Source: an uncultured SAR116 cluster alpha proteobacterium
Lineage (GTDB): Bacteria > Pseudomonadota > Alphaproteobacteria > Puniceispirillales > Puniceispirillaceae
Direction: 5' to 3'
NCBI GenBank assembly: GCA_902578815.1
Contig: CACHEI010000002.1
Span: forward strand, 61,563 to 125,562
Length of the DNA: 64,000 nt
Position numbers and translations under genes: made by a program
The notes under the pieces: model-generated
What the model was told of the DNA's origin: nothing
The model's input: only the letters and a program-made list of their open reading frames with translations
Databases searched by the model: none
In this document: positions 48,101 to 57,522 of the stretch, in pieces
Position numbering within the stretch: the stretch's first letter is position 1
Layout: each line of letters opens with the position of its first letter

Positions 48101-48727
48101 GACGTGACGCTGTCTATGCCTCTTGACACTAAATCTAACTCTAAGTCCGTAGTGGGCACTAACGTATCCGTTACTGATACACCGACTGCTAAAATAGAAG
48201 CTAGTGAAGGTAAGATTGAGGTAACTGGCGTAGTTGTTGCTGGCGATACCTTCGAGTTTGAAGTTGCAGGGCAAGCACTAAGTGTTGTCGCAGGTGAAAA
48301 TGGTTTCGACGTATCCGCGCAGGGCGTTGGAGCGCAAATTGCGGCCGCAGTAGAAGATGCTAGCCTTGGTGGCGTCGTTGTTACTGACGGTGGTGATGGC
48401 TCTGTCACCTTCAGCACAACAGAGGTGAAAATTACTGATGCAGACTCAGCACAGAACTCACTCTCAATCATTGACTCTGCCATTGAAACTGTTAACTCTC
48501 AGCGTGCAAACCTTGGTGGTGTATCAAACAGATTGGATAACACAGTGACTAACCTTTCGAATGTGTCGTCGAATCTTCAGTCAAGCTTGAGCCGTATTCA
48601 GGATGCTGACTTTGCTACAGAGACTTCCAATTTGACAAAGTCACAGATTTTGAGCCAGGCTGCCACAGCAATGTTGGCACAGGCCAATGCCTCAAAACAG
48701 GGTGTCTTAAGCTTGTTACAGGGTTAA
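45146..48727 (+). CDS. fliC: giant flagellin (1193 aa)
   Basis: GGAGG ribosome-binding site, then ATG at 45146. N-terminal D0/D1 MTVINTNTAAINAQYNLSKVQSQQEDAMERLASGLRINSAADDAAGVAIASRM. C-terminal QRANLGGVSNRLDNTVTNLSNVSSNLQSSLSRIQDADFATETSNLTKSQILSQAATAMLAQANASKQGVLSLLQG. The variable region is about 900 aa. Confidence 0.95.
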   Translation: MTVINTNTAAINAQYNLSKVQSQQEDAMERLASGLRINSAADDAAGVAIASRMNAEITGTQMAIRNAMDSQAMMDTAEGAHVEIESILQRMRELAVQSANDTYSDSDRDNLQAELSQLQTEIDRIASATNWGGKSLLNGSSLSTATSHSDVASFQFQVGTGSTAVNSINVDIGAVSSAALGVGVGSGKAATGETSVTASTLNAPASVSIENGKISISGKPQVGDVFKFDVNGEEISITYSVSDEYSDDLAGLSAQLKNALDTKINAADVSPSLAAVSVVDNRDGSISLSQSSTPVLQTATNDETSGTTLDNSAIEIDGNTVRMSGTFDSGSGSGDKFGVTINGVVVEIQATATDAFSDDFTGLSAQLKAAIDSNATLNGTVTAVDNKDGSVTITQNTSPVIQGAETTLAKTQTSTLAFSDTQGTRSASIKVSEETANSATPATGDVNMITLTTEAGASITFGGKTGQNGSTPAAGDTAKIIKAAFDQLADKKGFTAAINSSNEVTFSHASANFQISKPTVRFTGIEIDTTGITAVAAAGARSLFIGTDTANAIELTSGATGTDNATTLDAMAAEFDALGTAGQKGFQLTKVSDGSGATTQLQFYRIDNVAFSVNANSTEFQHDAGNNSAPAAYTSSAAGTVDITLNANTAEGGETLAVQLVDTSGQGNNASSDHDITFTTAALVAGDGQTQIGRAIADAFNALSTADRKGYSITHTASTGAVQFTRADGQNFQIGITENNAGATALDLFFKLDGAGVAATMLNGGAMDGTLATVTAGGVQNAQKQDAVASLLGDDLDQHTSGSAAAITTTKTALTTTAFGDLANQAALTFGGGYVTGKEYSVDLFGQTVSIVADDFDGFENSLNGLANQMAQAINTAGVPGISAAVTNQYVEITSKPEISNAVVIKDQTQADASITVDTATNKITLGGQIDNGDEFGFTINGTDLTFKIGADGFSNTDAGVRAQLKAVIEDAGITGLVVTEGTGRDVTLSMPLDTKSNSKSVVGTNVSVTDTPTAKIEASEGKIEVTGVVVAGDTFEFEVAGQALSVVAGENGFDVSAQGVGAQIAAAVEDASLGGVVVTDGGDGSVTFSTTEVKITDADSAQNSLSIIDSAIETVNSQRANLGGVSNRLDNTVTNLSNVSSNLQSSLSRIQDADFATETSNLTKSQILSQAATAMLAQANASKQGVLSLLQG

Positions 48728-48748
48728 GATTTACCAAAAATAATTTGA

Positions 48749-48778
48749 AAAGGGGCGGCGTAAGGTGCCCCTTTTTTT
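48749..48778 (+). terminator. rho-independent terminator after fliC
   Basis: aaaggggcggcgtaaggtgcccctttttttaa: a GC stem aggggc/gcccct followed by a T7 run. Confidence 0.7.
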
Positions 48779-48857
48779 AACCAAATTTCTAACCCTGCTG
48801 GAGTTTGACATTTCTTAATTCGAAATCATAGTTTTATTTGATGTCTCGTCCAATTGC

Positions 48858-49110
48858 TTGGCACAGATTATGCTGCCAGATAATAATTATAAAATTAATC
48901 AAACAATCTCAATCCAATCAAAGGCTCGCTGTGGGGGATTTTACTCCAAGCTAAGAATGCTGATCAATGTCCTCATTTTCTCTGGACCGTTATTTTTCAA
49001 GAGCTCTGTCGCCCTGCAAAAAGGAGCCAACTGGAAGCTAAAATGAAAATATCCATCTACTAGAGCGTTTTCCTGAGAACAAACGCGCATATCAGTTGGT
49101 GAATAGACTT
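48858..49110 (+). pseudogene. decayed N-terminal remnant of a third TPR-methyltransferase-family gene
   Basis: TTG GCA CAG... (MAQ) start resembling the MAKLSVDQ start of the two intact genes. With frame changes it reads LQKG..QLEAK, then LLERFPENKRAYQLVNRL (cgttttcctgagaacaaacgcgca at 49066..49089). Compare AFPENKRAKKGL and AFPENKRAQQGL. Stops and frameshifts are present and no TPR or MTase part follows. Confidence 0.5.
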
Positions 49111-49317
49111 TACTATTCAGGTGAGAGTAGAAGCATTTATAATTTGAAAATTAGGAAGAAGACTTATTATTAGAAATTTAGGGGCACAAAAGCAAAAATA
49201 ATGTGAACACATCAGGTTTCTAGAATTAATGGAAATATTGCCGAGACAAAACACCCCGCTACCCTCAAATAAAGGTTGGATTTTCCCACTAATCACAAAT
49301 CCATTGCTCTGGCACAA

Positions 49318-50226
49318 CTATCTGATGAAATCGAAGAGGCTTTGCTGACCTATTTTCACAAAAGCCTGTTGTGCAGCATCTCGTGACGTGATCTTGGATT
49401 GGAGCTCTGTTACCAATTTGGACAAGTCAGCGTCTTCCAAGCCAGAAACTTTTTCATTCATTAATAAGAGCCTACGTTCGATCGCACCTAACTGGATTTC
49501 ACCCTTATTAATCTGTGCACCGGCCATTGAGCGTTGTACCGCAATATGATCAACGGCCGCATTCATCTCGCCTATTGAACTTGGATCAACAAAGCCAGAC
49601 ATCAAATCTGTCTCAATTTTCGAGACAATATCGAAAACACTTTGACGACCATTTTCTGTTTTTACCCTCAGGAAAACGGTTCCGCCATCCATAGATGTGT
49701 TCATCCTCATGGTCTCTGAAATTTGCACTGAATGCGTTCCCCGATCACCCTGATAGTGCACGCTACCATCAAAGTTCGTTTTAAACGGGGCCGATTTCAC
49801 TTTGAAACCTGAGAACAAAAAATCATTTTTGTGGTCTTTGGTGTTTGTGAGCCCCACTAAAGTTTCCTTAAGCTGGCCAATCTCAATTGCAATTGAAGCC
49901 CGATCTTGGACAGTATAACTGTCGTTGCGGCCTTGAATTGCTAACTCATAAATCCTTGTCAGGACCGTCGACACATCATTAAGTGCATTTTCTGCCATAG
50001 TCATTCGGGTATTGGCTTGCTCAATATTAGACTTAAATTTCTCAATTGCTGTCATCTGTTCCTTTGCAAAAGAGAGATTTGCCGCGGCGGTGGGATCATC
50101 AGAAGCATTGAGAATGTTTTTACCTGTGGCAATTTTCGATTGGATATCTTGGATTGCCGCAGATTGTCTATTGAACTGGGCGATGGATTGTTCATTAAAT
50201 AATTTAGTGCTGATTTGCATACTCAA
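49318..50226 (-). CDS. flgL: hook-filament junction protein FlgL
   Basis: 302 aa with a flagellin-like N-terminus (IATGKNILNASDDPTAAANLSFAKEQ) and C-terminus. Located downstream of flgK. Confidence 0.85.
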   Translation of the reverse strand: MSMQISTKLFNEQSIAQFNRQSAAIQDIQSKIATGKNILNASDDPTAAANLSFAKEQMTAIEKFKSNIEQANTRMTMAENALNDVSTVLTRIYELAIQGRNDSYTVQDRASIAIEIGQLKETLVGLTNTKDHKNDFLFSGFKVKSAPFKTNFDGSVHYQGDRGTHSVQISETMRMNTSMDGGTVFLRVKTENGRQSVFDIVSKIETDLMSGFVDPSSIGEMNAAVDHIAVQRSMAGAQINKGEIQLGAIERRLLLMNEKVSGLEDADLSKLVTELQSKITSRDAAQQAFVKIGQQSLFDFIR

Positions 50227-50257
50227 CTACCTTCACCGCTTCAACATGGCACAGTCA

Positions 50258-53200
50258 TCAAATACTCTGAAGCAAAGTGTCAAATAACTCTCTCGCAGTT
50301 TGCAAAATTCGTGCCGAAGCCTGATATGCTTGCTGTTGCTGAATAAGGTTTGAGGCTTCAGCATCCAGATTTACCCCAGTATATGATGCTTCGGCCTCGG
50401 CACTCGCATCCCTAATTGCAGCGGAGGCCTCAGCTGACATTTTGCCGGACTGAACAGTCGCGCCAAGCTGAGAAACAGTATTGCTGAATAAACGCTGAAA
50501 ACCTCCTCTACCATCAGCTCTGTCCTCGGCAGTTCGCAGGGACACAAGTTCTTGCATGGCTCTAGAGTCACCAACACCCGTTAGGTTCGAGTCTAGATGA
50601 AAACTATCTCCCGACTTTAAAATGCCCTCAAATTCAACATTAAAAGACATTGCTTTTGTCGAGTTATCATCATCCAATGTCCTGCTAGCAATTGATGTTC
50701 CTGTAGCCTTGTCAAAAAACTCAACAGTTCCTGCACTAGCATCCAAAATTTTGACAGTAATTTCCTGCATAACACTTGGTGTGTTTTCGGGAACTACATC
50801 ATATTGCATTGAAATCCTTCTTGCGCCAGAATCTCCAATGGAAATTATTAACTCTTCATCTGGCAGACCTGTTAACGTTAACCGCTGACCTGCCAGACTT
50901 TTTGCCTCAACCATAAACTCGGGCGCTAAAACATCACCGGATGAGTTAGCCGTAACTGTGTTGCCTTCAAGGAATAATTCAAAATCAGTGGCGTTGTAAG
51001 GTGAACCAATCGTTGTAAATGAAGTTGCAACTCCAGATGTCAAATCTGCTTTTGAAGCTGGTCGCAAATTTGCCTCAAAAGAAATAGCAGTTGATCCAAC
51101 TGTGCCACTTTCGGTTACCTCGAAATTAAAGTTGTCACCATCAAAACGGGTAAAAGAAAGAACATTATCTGATAGTGAAGCGCTATACCCCTTTGTATCT
51201 GCCAGAGCGTCAAAAGCGGCTTTTACCTTCTCAATAATTTCGTTGTCGTCACCAGCTGCCAAAGCCGTAGTTGTGAAAGTCAAATTTTCAGCACCCGATG
51301 CTGAAACTAAATCCACCTGAATTGTCTCTCCACCTTCAGCAACAGTGCCTCCACTTTTAAAATTAAAATCAATGCTCGGTTGATTAGAAAAGTAAGTAAT
51401 GGGAGTTACAAATCCATCCATAAGACCAAAATCCCTTGCGGCTTGAAAGTTGCCAAACACTTCAGCGTCGGGGACTATCGTGAAAGAGGATTTGCTCAAA
51501 GACCCAGTTTTTGAGGAAATCCGTAATTTCATATCACTGTCGTAATATGCGTTTAAGCGGTCTCTTTCACCGCCAGAAACTACAACTTCACCATTTACCA
51601 TAGTTAGCGTATATTCTTGATTTTCAAATTTGATATGAACTTTTTCTCCGTCAACTGGCGGTGACTTTGCAAATCCACTTACTGTAGTCCCTGCAAAGCT
51701 AAGGCTAATTAAGTTCTCCGGCCCACCAGAAACTGAGATATTAGTGCCATCACTGACGAATGTGTAATTTGCACCCTCGTGATTCACAACCTTTGTGACC
51801 GCGTTATGAATTTGAGATGCAGATAAATTAATATCTGATAGCGTAAAGGAAATTTCTGACTTTTTGCTAATTAAGCCTGTTACCGCAGGTATAGGAGCGT
51901 TTGTTCGAAGTGCGTCTATGGCAGCTCTTGCAACATCGCTTCCGTCCGAGCCAACGACATCTTCAGCACCTATTGTAACATCTAATGAGCCTACTCTGAC
52001 ATTATAATCGACCGTCCGGGCTGACGCAGAGAAGCCGTTTGGTGAGCCTTCGTTGGTATCGATACCTTCAATGGAGCTAAAAGTCACTGACGTTTTGTTT
52101 TGATTTGCACTCAAGGCACTTGCATTGTTAGTGGATACTGCTGTGGTGGTCAAAACAGCCCCGCCAGCGGTAATATTTTCTGACAGATTATCAGCAAGAT
52201 TTGTGAAAGCTGAAATACTTACTTTCGCGTTGGTCGCGTTTCCGCCAAACGTGTCTTGATACTGCCCATCGGTATCGGTAGTGACATTGTCGCCGCCACC
52301 ATCTAAATCTAACCGCATTACATCAACAGCATCACCAGATTTATCCAATGGTGTAATCTTTACACTGAAATTCTCACCGTCAGCACGTTTAATTGTAAGC
52401 TGATCGTTTGCCGTATTTTTTTCGAATGAATACCCCTTCTTTTCTGGGATTGCCAAAAAGGCATCATAGATGTCCTGAACGACACCAGCACTGGTTACCA
52501 AAATATTATTAACCGTTATAGATTGGGTGCCATTTGTTAGCGCCACACTTACTTCATCACCAAGCTCTAAGCCGTCGGAGCCTGCCTTATTTTTGATATT
52601 TACCTCAGCATCAATGGTTGGCAAAAATTGTGCCGGTGATGCATTCGTCCCGCCATCATGTGTCAGATCGTCGCTTGTTGATTGTGCGGTAAAATCAATG
52701 TCGTCTATCCTGTAAAATTGGAGTGAAACAGTGGCTCCATTCGCATCAGTTATTTCAGCTAGTTTGAAACCACTCCTCGCTGTCTCATCAAGTGCTCTAA
52801 ATTTGCTTGCTAAGTCTGCGAGGACAACACCCTTTACATTTGAGTCGCTAGAGCCCTGTAAAACAACTTTCGAGTCAGCGGTCCGAAGCGCCAAGATTCG
52901 GCTTGCTCCATCATCCATCGTGGAATGACCAGAGACGATGACACCTTTATAACTACTGGTTGACTTTTGTACGCTAAAATCAACCCCATCAGCATGCGCA
53001 AAATGCAGGTTATTCAGCGCATCAATTGAAGCTATAAAACCTTTTTTATCAGCCAAATCGTCAAAAGCAGCTTTTAGTGCTTTTGTTGAATTGCCATCCG
53101 AAGCTGCACTTGCTCGAGCGCCAAACTCAATAACCATTCCATCCAAAGTCGAGAGTTTAACTAAATTGACATCGCCCAATGTTGGGGTATTGACTTCGGA

Positions 53201-55330
53201 TAGTTTTAATACGCTGTTGTCTAAAGTCTTAACAAGTGCGTCAGTCGCACTAAATACTCCGTCAACATTTACACCAATATAACCATCATCCCCAGAAAGA
53301 TTTAAGAAATCTGAACGGTACTCCGCCCCCTCAAAAAAGTGTTGTGAATCGCTTATTTCCGAGAACCACTTTTCTGAGCTATTGGCACCTGCAATGGTAC
53401 CAGCGATGTGCCTACCCTCTCGCGTTAAAATTTGTATATCTGAGGCAGCATCAATTCGAGCTAGCACTGCAGCTTGAGAATTTCTGCCCGAACCAAGTCC
53501 CATCGAAGCACTGGTGAATTCATCTGCTGACAAACTTATAGTCATATTTTCGCCCAGACCTGAGGCATATGCACCGAGGCTTGCTAAAGTCACCACCTGA
53601 GCCGTTCCTGATACAGTGCCCGTAATAGCGCCTTGATTTAATAAGGAAGAAATTTCGTCCATGCTACTCCACCCTGCGCCTCCATCTTTGAAAGATGAGG
53701 GGTTCAGGCTAAAGTCAACGGTCTTGGATACGAGGTTGCCGTTGCTGTCATTTGATTCTATGACAAGTGACATGCTAGTTACACCAGCCATATCTGACTC
53801 GCCTACGTTGAACTGCACGCTAGATTGCCGACTTAAACTTAGCAGGTCTATAGACGAAACATTGGCGGGAATAACTGCTACAGCGCCACCATCAACAAAC
53901 TGTGTGGCACTTATTGCAGATAACCCGTTGTGAAAATCTGTGATCGTGCCCAACCCGGATGTCTGCTGAGAAGAATTTGGGGTCATGCTCAAAACAGCAT
54001 CACCCAGGTTGGTGACATCTGATGAAACTAGAATAGGTGATGCTGCCGCAAAATCCTCTCCTCTTGACAGCGCGAAATTTACACCCGAAGCACTGCCAAT
54101 TATCGGGTCAAGAATTATCTGATCAAGATTCACTGGATCGCCAAAAAACCCAAGGTTCAGACCAGGTAAAGTCACAGACGACCGACCAGAGGCTACAAGA
54201 TTTCCAGTCTCCGATCTGCCATTCCATGTTTGTTTTTCTGCATCAAATGTAAATACAATTTTTTCAGCACTCAATGCGCCATGATCAATAATTTGGGCCT
54301 CAGCAATACTGTCCCCAAAATTCGTTGGATTTGCTTGTATGTTGACGTCTAGGGCCCTGAATAATAGCCCCCCTGGTTCTCCATCTAAATCGATCCCTTG
54401 CTTGTGGACAGCATTCATGTCGCGGACCATAACAAATGCTAGCCTGTCAATTTCTGCCATAACTTCTTCGGTAGTACGATAAGCGTCGCCGACACCGTGA
54501 AGTGATCCACTGGTTACTTGTGAAGTAAGAAATTGGCTGGCTCCTTTTGCAACTGCAAAAGACAACCTTCCATCTGCGATACTCACAGATAAATTATTTT
54601 GATTTACGCCATCAACTACAGTTGGCCCCTGACCCGTGCTACCCAAAGTGAGTTTGGCAGCACCTGCCGAAGAAAGTTCAACTGTGACACCAACAATATT
54701 GCTGATCCTATCTACAAGAGCATCACGGCTATCAAGAATTGAATTGGTTGCAGAAGATCCCATCGCGGCAATTTGTTGATTCAAAATTGCAAGCTCCGAA
54801 GTAAAGATATTTAAATCTGTAACCTGCTGTCTTGCAAGATTAGCAAGGTCATTGTTCATATTCTTTGAGAGTACCGACAATTCTTGAAAGGAGTTTGCCA
54901 GAGCCCTTCCCTGCTCTAACGCAACAGCTCTAGCCGCCATGTCAGATGGCGTTGTGCTGATTTCTTGTAAGCCAGAAAAAAAGCGATTTATTTGTGTTCC
55001 AATATTTGCCTCACCTGGGAGAATGATGTCTTCTAAGGCTTTTACGTTTTGATAGAACGTCTCCTTTGATACTGCGCTTGCATTTGCGCTGCGCGCTTTA
55101 TTAAGAAGAAACTCATCAAATGATCTCCTTATGGAGGATACGCGAACACCTAAACCTGTTTCCTTGCCTACGCTTGTAATGCCAGCCTTGCCTCCACTGA
55201 TTTCATCAAGCGACGCTTCCCTACGTTTGTAGCCATCAGTATCAATATTTGCTATGTTCTGACCAGTAACCGACAACGCTTGCCGGTATGACTCCAACCC
55301 AGATTTTCCAATGTCAAAAAGATTTGCCAT
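50258..55330 (-). CDS. flgK: giant hook-filament junction protein FlgK (1690 aa)
   Basis: N-terminus MANLFDIGKSGLESYRQALSVTGQNIANIDTDGYKRREA. C-terminus GVNLDAEASNLIQQQQAYQASARILQTARELFDTLLQSI. The central region is more than 1100 aa. Confidence 0.95.
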   Translation of the reverse strand: MANLFDIGKSGLESYRQALSVTGQNIANIDTDGYKRREASLDEISGGKAGITSVGKETGLGVRVSSIRRSFDEFLLNKARSANASAVSKETFYQNVKALEDIILPGEANIGTQINRFFSGLQEISTTPSDMAARAVALEQGRALANSFQELSVLSKNMNNDLANLARQQVTDLNIFTSELAILNQQIAAMGSSATNSILDSRDALVDRISNIVGVTVELSSAGAAKLTLGSTGQGPTVVDGVNQNNLSVSIADGRLSFAVAKGASQFLTSQVTSGSLHGVGDAYRTTEEVMAEIDRLAFVMVRDMNAVHKQGIDLDGEPGGLLFRALDVNIQANPTNFGDSIAEAQIIDHGALSAEKIVFTFDAEKQTWNGRSETGNLVASGRSSVTLPGLNLGFFGDPVNLDQIILDPIIGSASGVNFALSRGEDFAAASPILVSSDVTNLGDAVLSMTPNSSQQTSGLGTITDFHNGLSAISATQFVDGGAVAVIPANVSSIDLLSLSRQSSVQFNVGESDMAGVTSMSLVIESNDSNGNLVSKTVDFSLNPSSFKDGGAGWSSMDEISSLLNQGAITGTVSGTAQVVTLASLGAYASGLGENMTISLSADEFTSASMGLGSGRNSQAAVLARIDAASDIQILTREGRHIAGTIAGANSSEKWFSEISDSQHFFEGAEYRSDFLNLSGDDGYIGVNVDGVFSATDALVKTLDNSVLKLSEVNTPTLGDVNLVKLSTLDGMVIEFGARASAASDGNSTKALKAAFDDLADKKGFIASIDALNNLHFAHADGVDFSVQKSTSSYKGVIVSGHSTMDDGASRILALRTADSKVVLQGSSDSNVKGVVLADLASKFRALDETARSGFKLAEITDANGATVSLQFYRIDDIDFTAQSTSDDLTHDGGTNASPAQFLPTIDAEVNIKNKAGSDGLELGDEVSVALTNGTQSITVNNILVTSAGVVQDIYDAFLAIPEKKGYSFEKNTANDQLTIKRADGENFSVKITPLDKSGDAVDVMRLDLDGGGDNVTTDTDGQYQDTFGGNATNAKVSISAFTNLADNLSENITAGGAVLTTTAVSTNNASALSANQNKTSVTFSSIEGIDTNEGSPNGFSASARTVDYNVRVGSLDVTIGAEDVVGSDGSDVARAAIDALRTNAPIPAVTGLISKKSEISFTLSDINLSASQIHNAVTKVVNHEGANYTFVSDGTNISVSGGPENLISLSFAGTTVSGFAKSPPVDGEKVHIKFENQEYTLTMVNGEVVVSGGERDRLNAYYDSDMKLRISSKTGSLSKSSFTIVPDAEVFGNFQAARDFGLMDGFVTPITYFSNQPSIDFNFKSGGTVAEGGETIQVDLVSASGAENLTFTTTALAAGDDNEIIEKVKAAFDALADTKGYSASLSDNVLSFTRFDGDNFNFEVTESGTVGSTAISFEANLRPASKADLTSGVATSFTTIGSPYNATDFELFLEGNTVTANSSGDVLAPEFMVEAKSLAGQRLTLTGLPDEELIISIGDSGARRISMQYDVVPENTPSVMQEITVKILDASAGTVEFFDKATGTSIASRTLDDDNSTKAMSFNVEFEGILKSGDSFHLDSNLTGVGDSRAMQELVSLRTAEDRADGRGGFQRLFSNTVSQLGATVQSGKMSAEASAAIRDASAEAEASYTGVNLDAEASNLIQQQQAYQASARILQTARELFDTLLQSI

Positions 55331-55334
55331 GGAT

Positions 55335-55643
55335 TTACTTCACTTGATTGCCAAGCTGACGAACAAGTGCATCTGCAATGCCAAGATTAATTTTGTCAGA
55401 CAAATTATCTGCATATTCTTGATCCAGCATCTCTTCGTAGGTTGTCTTGGCGGAGCTACCAAATAAATCCTCGGCAAGTTTTGTTTTACGAGCTTGCTTC
55501 ATAAATTCATTTAAGAAAATTGCTTCAAATTTCTCAGCCGCAGCTCGCAATTTATCGTTCTCTGAAGGCTTTTCAAACTTTTCCTGATCTGCAGTCATCA
55601 ACATTGCCTGCATATCAGCGGGCACAATATTCACATCTACCAT
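55335..55643 (-). CDS. flgJ: rod-binding protein (FlgJ N-terminal-domain type, no glucosaminidase domain)
   Basis: ATG at 55643. AAEKFEAIFLNEFMKQARKT is the rod-binding motif. About 100 aa only. Confidence 0.75.
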   Translation of the reverse strand: MVDVNIVPADMQAMLMTADQEKFEKPSENDKLRAAAEKFEAIFLNEFMKQARKTKLAEDLFGSSAKTTYEEMLDQEYADNLSDKINLGIADALVRQLGNQVK

Positions 55644-55659
55644 TTTTGACCGCTCCAAA

Positions 55660-56793
55660 TCAGATAATGATAATCTCAGCACGTAGAGCACCTGCTTCGC
55701 GCAATGCGCCTAAAATTTCAACAAGGTCAGAGGCACCTGCGCCAACCGCATTTATTGCATCAACGATGTCTGATAACTCCACACCCGTATCAAAAACAAA
55801 AGCCTTGGCGGTCTCTTCCTCAACATCTATTTCGGTATCTGCAACCTGGGTTGCTTCACCTGCCGCTACCGTGGCACCCGCCGCAGTAGTTGTAACTGTT
55901 GGATCCCCTTGCACGACTTTTTGATCTTCTTTGACTTTTACGGTAAGTGAGCCGTGCGTTACAACGGCTGGAGTAACTCTAACATCGCCACCAATCACAA
56001 TTGTGCCACTACGGGCATTCACGATAACTTTTGCTGCTGGGCGCGCCGGATCAACTTCAATATCTTGCAACAGGCTCACAAAGGATACTTTTTGGCCGGG
56101 GTCTGCAGGCGCCCGAACCTTAATGGAAGATGAGTCGAGCGCAACTGCGACTGATGGCCCAAAAACTTCATTGATAGCATCAGCCACCTTAATTGAAGTG
56201 CTAAAATCTGACTGGTGAAGATTTAAAATAATGTTTTCTAAAGTTTGGAACGGTGTTTCTACCATCCTTTCAACTGACGCCCCACCAGGTATTCGCCCAA
56301 CCGTTGGAATATTTACCGTTAAGGATGACCCATCATTTCCTGTAACGCCAAGACCACCAACCGCAAGATTACCTTGAGCTACCGCATAGGTTTCGCCATC
56401 TGCGCCTAATAATGGGGTCATCAGCAAAGTTCCACCGCGTAGAGACTTAGCGCCACCAATCGCAGAAATAGTAACGTCTAGGCGCTGGCCGGTCTTTACA
56501 AAAGCTGGCATTTCAGCAGTCACCATTACTGCTGCAGCGTTTGCAGCAGTGATGTTTGCAACATCAGTCACTAAACCAAATTGCGATACCATTGATTGTA
56601 GCGATTGCTTGGTAAGACCATTACCACCATCACCAGAACCAGCCAGACCAACAACGATGCCATAGCCAACTAGCTGGTTTGACCTGACACCAGCTATTGA
56701 CGTCAGGTCTTTGAGACGGTCACCAAACGCACTACTCACAAAACAAATCAGTAGCGCTGAGGCGATTGTAGCAATAGGAAATATCTTCGGCAT
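55660..56793 (-). CDS. flgI: flagellar P-ring protein FlgI
   Basis: Signal peptide, [30 protein letters not shown], and FlgI family sequence throughout. Confidence 0.95.
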   Translation of the reverse strand: MPKIFPIATIASALLICFVSSAFGDRLKDLTSIAGVRSNQLVGYGIVVGLAGSGDGGNGLTKQSLQSMVSQFGLVTDVANITAANAAAVMVTAEMPAFVKTGQRLDVTISAIGGAKSLRGGTLLMTPLLGADGETYAVAQGNLAVGGLGVTGNDGSSLTVNIPTVGRIPGGASVERMVETPFQTLENIILNLHQSDFSTSIKVADAINEVFGPSVAVALDSSSIKVRAPADPGQKVSFVSLLQDIEVDPARPAAKVIVNARSGTIVIGGDVRVTPAVVTHGSLTVKVKEDQKVVQGDPTVTTTAAGATVAAGEATQVADTEIDVEEETAKAFVFDTGVELSDIVDAINAVGAGASDLVEILGALREAGALRAEIIII

Positions 56794-56807
56794 TTATAAC
56801 TCCATCC

Positions 56808-57497
56808 CTAGAACGGCGAGATAGCCCGCATCGTCCTACTGAGCCACCCCTGGCGAGACGAGTCAGCCACTTCACCAGCGCCGACATAGGTTATCTCAGC
56901 ATCAGCAATACGATTTGATACGATAAGATTAGTTGCTGAAATGTCCTCTGGACGGACAAGACCTGTCAACCTCACATACTCGTCGCCATTATTCAGACGT
57001 AATTTTTTCTGTCCCGCTATTTCCATATTTCCATTTTCAAAAACACGGGTCACAGTCACGGTCAGCAATCCAGTCAAAGAGTTTGACTGCGCAGCGCTAC
57101 CAGAACCGGCAAAACTGCGTGTTGTTCCAGCTTTTAATGGATCTACCCCTTTGTCATAACCACCAGTGAACATGTTCGGAATACCAACAGGGAGATCGAC
57201 ATCAAACGCATCAGTTTTCGCCGAAGCCGCAGTCTGTGATTTTGTTGCTGCGAAAGTTTCTGAAAGGCTGACTGTCAAAATATCACCAACTTCACGTGCT
57301 CGTCGATCTGTTGCAAATAAACCACCCTTTGATGCCGCATATATAGCACCAGTTGGAGCACCATGGTCCTCTGGGATGTGGGCCTCAGGATAAATAGGAT
57401 CAAACGCAAAAGAAGCTTGGTTCTCCACATAGGTGGAACATCCACTTAGAAAAATCCCAGGTGCTATAAGCAAAAGCGCTATAAAACGACAGTACAT
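56808..57497 (-). CDS. flgH: flagellar L-ring lipoprotein FlgH
   Basis: ATG at 57497. Lipobox FLSGCS. LLTVTVTRVFENGNMEIAGQKKLRLNNGDEYVRLTGLVRPEDI. Confidence 0.9.
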   Translation of the reverse strand: MYCRFIALLLIAPGIFLSGCSTYVENQASFAFDPIYPEAHIPEDHGAPTGAIYAASKGGLFATDRRAREVGDILTVSLSETFAATKSQTAASAKTDAFDVDLPVGIPNMFTGGYDKGVDPLKAGTTRSFAGSGSAAQSNSLTGLLTVTVTRVFENGNMEIAGQKKLRLNNGDEYVRLTGLVRPEDISATNLIVSNRIADAEITYVGAGEVADSSRQGWLSRTMRAISPF

Positions 57498-57522
57498 TGA
57501 ACTAACGAGCCTTTTTATTTGT

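Noticed and set aside
48859-48874. A sigma-54-like element, TGGCACAGATTATGCT, in the fliC/flgL convergent spacer.
   Set aside because: No intact gene lies downstream. The -12 part is ATGC rather than TTGC. The GGCAC is simply the TTG-GCA-C(AG) start of the decayed TPR-methyltransferase remnant, and the intact paralogs have no such promoter overlap. It is probably coincidental.
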